Positions 7,680-11,836 of a stretch of 11,836 nt of DNA are shown here, in pieces. The notes beneath the pieces were generated by a model, which saw only the letters and a list, made by a program, of their open reading frames with translations, was not told the origin of the DNA and did not search any database. Within the stretch, counting starts at the first letter, position 1; each line of letters opens with the position of its first letter. The stretch lies in assembly GCA_048882385.1 (NCBI GenBank), contig JBHLRQ010000090.1, forward strand, positions 1-11,836. The letters are read 5' to 3'. Made by a program: the position numbers and the translations under genes. Source of the DNA: Candidatus Thorarchaeota archaeon (GTDB lineage Archaea > Asgardarchaeota > Thorarchaeia > Thorarchaeales > Thorarchaeaceae).

Positions 7680-7803
7680 ATGATCCACCTCGATTAGGGG
7701 GATTGTCTTCGTCCATCGATGATAGCCTGCCTGGAATGGGTTCTTACTAAAAGAAAATCATCTATTAGTTGAACCCCTATAGGTCACATTTGGGAAGACC
7801 CCT
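7680..7803 (-). promoter_or_regulatory. Structured 5' leader of corA, candidate cis-regulatory RNA
   Basis: Hairpin 7738-7776, anti-SD hairpin 7683-7703, and alternative pairings 7774-7779/7695-7700 and 7794-7799/7705-7710. Function is inferred; no known family was recognised. Confidence 0.45.
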
Positions 7804-7907
7804 TCTGCCTTTTAGGGTTTTGTAATAGCGTGAAATGCGTTTGTGTTGCTTGCAGCACCAAAACAATAAAGGTCGTCGACCTATAGATTAACATTGGAGA
7901 TGTCTGT

Positions 7908-10064
7908 TTGAGGACTAGATGGTTTTCCATCTTACTGATTGTAGGTCTTATAGTATGTAGTCTTCAAACCATCCAAGTCACTTCTAATGGATTGGAATTA
8001 CCAGAGTCTGGTCCGTATATCGACAAAATAGTGTACGTTGTCATTCCAGATCCTGGTCTGAGATTGCTTGCATTGCAAGCAGGTACAGTGGATATGGATC
8101 TTACCTTTGTGGATTCTTCCATAGTACTTAACTCACTTGAAAATCCAGATATTGATTTCTACACGCCTCCGAGAAACGGATATGGTCAAATCACATTTAA
8201 TTGTCGTAAATATCCACTCAACATTACAGGATTCCGACGTGCTTTCGCATATGCTCTCGATAAGGAGAATGTTGCACATGAGCAACTAAAAGGATTCTAT
8301 CGAATGCATGATTCTCTTGTTCCTTATGCCAATCCTTTCTGTATCGAGGAAGATCTCAATTGGCATTGGTACGGAACAGGAGGTTTACCAGATATTGGTA
8401 ATGCATTGCTTGATGGTCTAAATTTTGAAATCAACACTGATACTGGCTTTAGGGATGCTCCGAACGGGAAACCATTCAGTATTGATATAGGATATGCGGG
8501 GTTTGAAAATGATCAAGTTGCGTTTATTGCCGCCAATACTCTAAATGATCTTCATATCAACGTAAGTAACGTGCAATCGTATCCTTTCTGGAAGAAATTA
8601 TATTCCCCCTTCGATGATTTCAATATGGTAGTAAATGATAGAGATTTTCCTGATTATGATATCCGATGGCTAGTTTCAGAATATAGCTCTGAGAACACAG
8701 ATAATTCCAAGATTAATCCCTCAGGATTCTCTAATAGCACGTATGATAATTGGGGACAGAAGCTCCTTCATAGTACTAGCTATGAGGAAGTCTTTGAAGC
8801 AGCTGCAGAAATGCAGAGGATACTAAATTATGAAGTTCCAAGTATTGTATCATATCAAAACCTCTACGTACAATTGTATAGGGCTGATAGGTTCAAGGGA
8901 CAGGTTGAAGATCTTGGTCAAGGTGTCACAGGTTTCTGGACAATGTTGAATATTCAGAAATTTGATGAAACTTTGGGAGGTGCCCTGCTAGTTGCTATTG
9001 ACCAAGAACCTGATAGTTTCAATTTCTTTGTGGCAGAATCTAATGCATCGAAAACCATGCTAAACAAAATGCATCTTGGATTATATACAAGATCGTCGGA
9101 TTTAGAGCTCTTTCCAATGCTTGCTGAACAGATGATAATCGAAACACACAAGGACAATGAAGATGTTCCAGTAAATCACACACGTTTCACTATTGATTTG
9201 AGGAATGATAGATATTGGACGGATGATGCCCCAGTCACTGCAGAAGATGTATCATTCACATTCAACTATATCTTGGAGAGTCGTCTCGAAGGTAATCCTG
9301 CATCTGAAGACTTGACAGACATTGTTTCAATCTATTCACCATCAACATACAGAGTCATTTTCGAGTTCAGCACAGAGTCCTATTGGCATTTTGAGAAGTT
9401 TGCGTATGACTATATTCTGCCAAAGCATATCTTTGAAGAGGGTTCATATACCGAGTTAGGATTTGAAGAATGGAACGATTGGAATCCAATATTCAATCCT
9501 GCTGATCCAAGTCTGACTTGTGGACCATTTCATATGACAGATTATGAACAAGATGAATTCTTCGAGCTGTCTTTTAGTCCTAATTGGATAGCAAGCAGAT
9601 ACAATTATGAATTTCACTTCAGTGATGTTAGTGTATCACCTGCAGATGATTTCAATAGTTTATTTCCATTCTTCACTGTAACATGGGATCTGGTTTGGAC
9701 TCCTGATGATTATATCCTACCACCAACTTTTGATTATGAGATTTTTCTGGACGGAGCATATTTTGCATCACAAACATGGCATTACGCCTATTGGGCAGGT
9801 GGAGGACCAGATTCAATTAGTATTCACATCGGCGATCCATATTTGTTTCAAGGGACTCATAATGTCACAATAATTGTGTATACACTGTTTCATGGACTTG
9901 AACTTGATACCGTGATGGTGACTGTCCAGATTTCAATGTATCAGATTACACCTTTCGTTGGTTTTGCTATCGGATGCGGTCTTTTTGGTGTAATCTACCT
10001 ATTTGTGAAGATGATAAGGGAAATGGTATCACCAGATATCCAGAAAGGATTACAGATTGAATAA
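7908..10064 (+). CDS. Family-5 (OppA/DppA-like) extracellular solute-binding protein, circularly permuted, with C-terminal Ig-like domain and TM anchor
   Basis: Signal peptide; motifs IDKIVYVVIPD..LALQAGTVD, FRRAFAYALDK, GGALLVAIDQEPDSFN, WTDDAPVTAEDVSFTF and CGPF; C-terminal hydrophobic helix. TTG start follows GGAG. Confidence 0.88.
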   Translation: MRTRWFSILLIVGLIVCSLQTIQVTSNGLELPESGPYIDKIVYVVIPDPGLRLLALQAGTVDMDLTFVDSSIVLNSLENPDIDFYTPPRNGYGQITFNCRKYPLNITGFRRAFAYALDKENVAHEQLKGFYRMHDSLVPYANPFCIEEDLNWHWYGTGGLPDIGNALLDGLNFEINTDTGFRDAPNGKPFSIDIGYAGFENDQVAFIAANTLNDLHINVSNVQSYPFWKKLYSPFDDFNMVVNDRDFPDYDIRWLVSEYSSENTDNSKINPSGFSNSTYDNWGQKLLHSTSYEEVFEAAAEMQRILNYEVPSIVSYQNLYVQLYRADRFKGQVEDLGQGVTGFWTMLNIQKFDETLGGALLVAIDQEPDSFNFFVAESNASKTMLNKMHLGLYTRSSDLELFPMLAEQMIIETHKDNEDVPVNHTRFTIDLRNDRYWTDDAPVTAEDVSFTFNYILESRLEGNPASEDLTDIVSIYSPSTYRVIFEFSTESYWHFEKFAYDYILPKHIFEEGSYTELGFEEWNDWNPIFNPADPSLTCGPFHMTDYEQDEFFELSFSPNWIASRYNYEFHFSDVSVSPADDFNSLFPFFTVTWDLVWTPDDYILPPTFDYEIFLDGAYFASQTWHYAYWAGGGPDSISIHIGDPYLFQGTHNVTIIVYTLFHGLELDTVMVTVQISMYQITPFVGFAIGCGLFGVIYLFVKMIREMVSPDIQKGLQIE

Positions 10065-10089
10065 TGCAAAGAGATCTTGATTCAGAAAG

Positions 10090-11403
10090 CTATATGATGA
10101 CACTCTCTACCTCGACATCCCTATCCTTGATACTGAGCGTTGTTGAAGGAATTTTTTTGCCGCCAAAGAGTTCTGCTTCAGCTTCTCCACGATAGAGAGC
10201 ATCTGCAATACGACCCATGGCATCTGCCTTCATTATACCTGAACCACTTGCTCCATTCACAACGAGTACACCACATTCAAGATAAACGAATGGAATTCGA
10301 TCGGGACTGTAATTATATCCACCAGCCCAGCTGTTCACGGGTCTTGCTCCTTGGAATGCAGGGAAGTATTTCGAGAGAACTGGATACATACTGTTTTCAT
10401 AGTATGCACTTTCAGGGACCATGTCTTCGTCGGTCTGAAGGTACTTGTAGGCTCTACCAACCTTGTCTCCGCATCCAATCCAAAATCCTCGTTCTTGAAG
10501 CTGTGGTCTGAAGTAGACTCCAGCTGAGGGCAAGATGGTAAATGGGATACATCCAAGTTCGTTGAATCCTTTCACATCAAGAAGATCTTGCAGGTCTTCT
10601 TTATCCTCTGCATGAATGACGAAGAGTTGACGCTTCTTTCCCTTGGTCAAGCTATCGATTCCAATTGGATCCAGAAGCTGGTTCGTCCATGCTCCTGTAG
10701 CCAACACGACTACATTAGCTCTAAAGGTTCCCTTGTTGGTGACTACTCCATTCACCTTCTTCTTTTGCCAAACAAAAGGCTCTCCAGGTAAGTCGAGCTT
10801 CGGCTCGGCCTCCAGAAGTAGTTTCTCAACATCAACTCCAAATCTTGGTTTAACATGAGACAACTTTGTGAACTCTTGAAAGTAGTACTCAACTAATCTG
10901 GTTGGGTCGAGAACACCACAATCAGCGCCGAAGAGACCGTAACTCACCTCTTGGAGGTTCATGAGCTCTGCTTCTTCATCATTTGAAAAATCAATGTTGA
11001 GACCTGGAATCATACTTTTGAGTTCTTCTTTGTTGTAAACCTTGTAACTAATTCCGGATTTTTCCATTCGTTCCATCCATACTTTGACACTCGCATGGTT
11101 GAACTGTTCGTCACTAAGTAACCAGAGATATCCTGTCTTCTCAAAAAACAAATCATAACCCAACTCGTTTTGAACATGTTCGAAATATTTGATGGAAGTG
11201 TCGGTCAGCAATTGATTCGTAGATGAGGCAAACATGTTACGAACTGCAGCTGCGCTCATTGCAGTGTTTGCCTGCCCTGCAGCTAGGGTTCTGTCAACTA
11301 GTAGTATCTTTTTGTCAGGACTGTTTTTCTGCAGATAGTAAGCGGTAGCCACTCCAAGACAACCAGCACCCACAACAATGACATCAAAGGTCTCTTCGCT
11401 CAC
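10090..11403 (-). CDS. FAD-dependent oxidoreductase (DAO superfamily), similar to the Aeropyrum/Pyrobaculum-type dye-linked L-proline dehydrogenase
   Basis: FDVIVVGAGCLG dinucleotide motif, GEPFVWQ, GAWTNQLLDPIGID, KKRQLF, WAGGY and GASGSGIMKADAMGR. GTG 11403 follows a GGAGG SD, so the ORF track's extra 35 residues are probably not translated. Confidence 0.85.
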   Translation of the reverse strand: MSEETFDVIVVGAGCLGVATAYYLQKNSPDKKILLVDRTLAAGQANTAMSAAAVRNMFASSTNQLLTDTSIKYFEHVQNELGYDLFFEKTGYLWLLSDEQFNHASVKVWMERMEKSGISYKVYNKEELKSMIPGLNIDFSNDEEAELMNLQEVSYGLFGADCGVLDPTRLVEYYFQEFTKLSHVKPRFGVDVEKLLLEAEPKLDLPGEPFVWQKKKVNGVVTNKGTFRANVVVLATGAWTNQLLDPIGIDSLTKGKKRQLFVIHAEDKEDLQDLLDVKGFNELGCIPFTILPSAGVYFRPQLQERGFWIGCGDKVGRAYKYLQTDEDMVPESAYYENSMYPVLSKYFPAFQGARPVNSWAGGYNYSPDRIPFVYLECGVLVVNGASGSGIMKADAMGRIADALYRGEAEAELFGGKKIPSTTLSIKDRDVEVESVII

Positions 11404-11526
11404 AACGAATGCCTCCGGTTGAAAGCCGCGTGAAACAAGCCCCCTAAAATGTTTATCATTTACTATATAACCATCAAACAAATATGGGAGAAATTCAAGA
11501 TAATACAAGCTACAGAGGAGGATAGC

Positions 11527-11836
11527 ATGCCTGGTTTAGTCATAAGAAAAGATAATGGTGATTTGAAGTGGTTTCCCTTTTTCCATTATGACGATGGAAG
11601 ATACAGGTTCTATGCACCTAAAGGCATGAAGACTGGAAGGGAAGTAGGTCGTGAATGGCATTTCTTGAAATATATTCCTGGATACTGGATGCCAAGTGAG
11701 ACTCCGACTCATCGGAGAAGGATTGGAGGAGGTTCTTCGCTCATTGTTTTGGATGAGGATGGGAACCTTCGACATTATCCCTTCAAGGATGAAACCTTCA
11801 TGTTTCGAGGAACAGGTGATCGTGTTGGAAGAGGTT
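11527..11836 (+). CDS. 5' part of an uncharacterised repeat protein (tachylectin-2/FG-GAP-like beta-propeller blades), running off the window
   Basis: Strong SD GAGGAGG, ATG 11527 and 103 open codons: MPGLVIRKDNGDLKWFPFFHYDDGRYRFYAPKGMKTGREVGREWHFLKYIPGYWMPSETPTHRRRIGGGSSLIVLDEDGNLRHYPFKDETFMFRGTGDRVGRG. An internal repeat is visible. Confidence 0.8.
   Translation, partial: MPGLVIRKDNGDLKWFPFFHYDDGRYRFYAPKGMKTGREVGREWHFLKYIPGYWMPSETPTHRRRIGGGSSLIVLDEDGNLRHYPFKDETFMFRGTGDRVGRG

Noticed and set aside
7591-7716. Out-of-frame 41-aa ORF (MDEDNPPNRGG...) overlapping the corA start, with a Pro-Pro reminiscent of mgtL
   Set aside because: It has no clear SD, mostly overlaps corA coding sequence, and has only one Pro pair; probably chance.
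7680-7803. Known RNA families (M-box, yybP-ykoY, fluoride riboswitch, SECIS, tRNA)
   Set aside because: Their conserved sequence blocks were not recognisable by eye, and no adjacent gene has an in-frame UGA. An Infernal search is still needed to exclude them formally.
92-10858. Short overlapping ORFs (92-388, 425-739, 1072-1314, 2605-2790, 3234-3461, 3813-4094, 4165-4353, 5223-5405, 5639-5941, 6109-6291, 6921-7533, 8954-9157, 10140-10858)
   Set aside because: They are shadow or alternative frames of well-supported genes, with no recognisable motifs.
11536-11775. 79-aa minus-strand ORF from the track
   Set aside because: It is antisense to the plus-strand ORF at 11527, which has a strong SD and an internal protein repeat.
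1-11836. CRISPR array, IS element, prophage or defence system
   Set aside because: No regularly spaced repeats, terminal inverted repeats, or transposase, integrase or nuclease motifs were found.

Overview
Gene-dense archaeal window. The Shine-Dalgarno motifs (GAGGTG/GGTGA/GGAG), TATA-like boxes and protein styles suggest an Asgard archaeon, probably Thorarchaeia (inference). From left to right: part of a Liv-type (HAAT) ABC transporter operon on the minus strand (binding protein, permease, start of a third gene); a [4Fe-4S]/FAD 4-hydroxybutyryl-CoA dehydratase-family gene; a SnoaL/NTF2 protein; a DinB protein; a bacterial-type ATP-dependent PfkA; a SAM methyltransferase; CorA; a stand-alone family-5 solute-binding protein; an Aeropyrum-type dye-linked L-proline dehydrogenase homolog; and the 5' part of a repeat protein that the ORF track missed. 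No rRNA, tRNA, CRISPR array or mobile element was seen. Three observations stand out. (1) The ~120-nt corA leader has mutually exclusive pairings that could hide or free the SD, a candidate metal-responsive RNA switch. (2) The family-5 binding protein appears circularly permuted and carries a C-terminal Ig-like stalk and membrane anchor. (3) A tachylectin-2/FG-GAP-like beta-propeller repeat protein with no signal peptide starts at the right edge. All family calls come from motif recognition by eye; no searches or folding computations were run.
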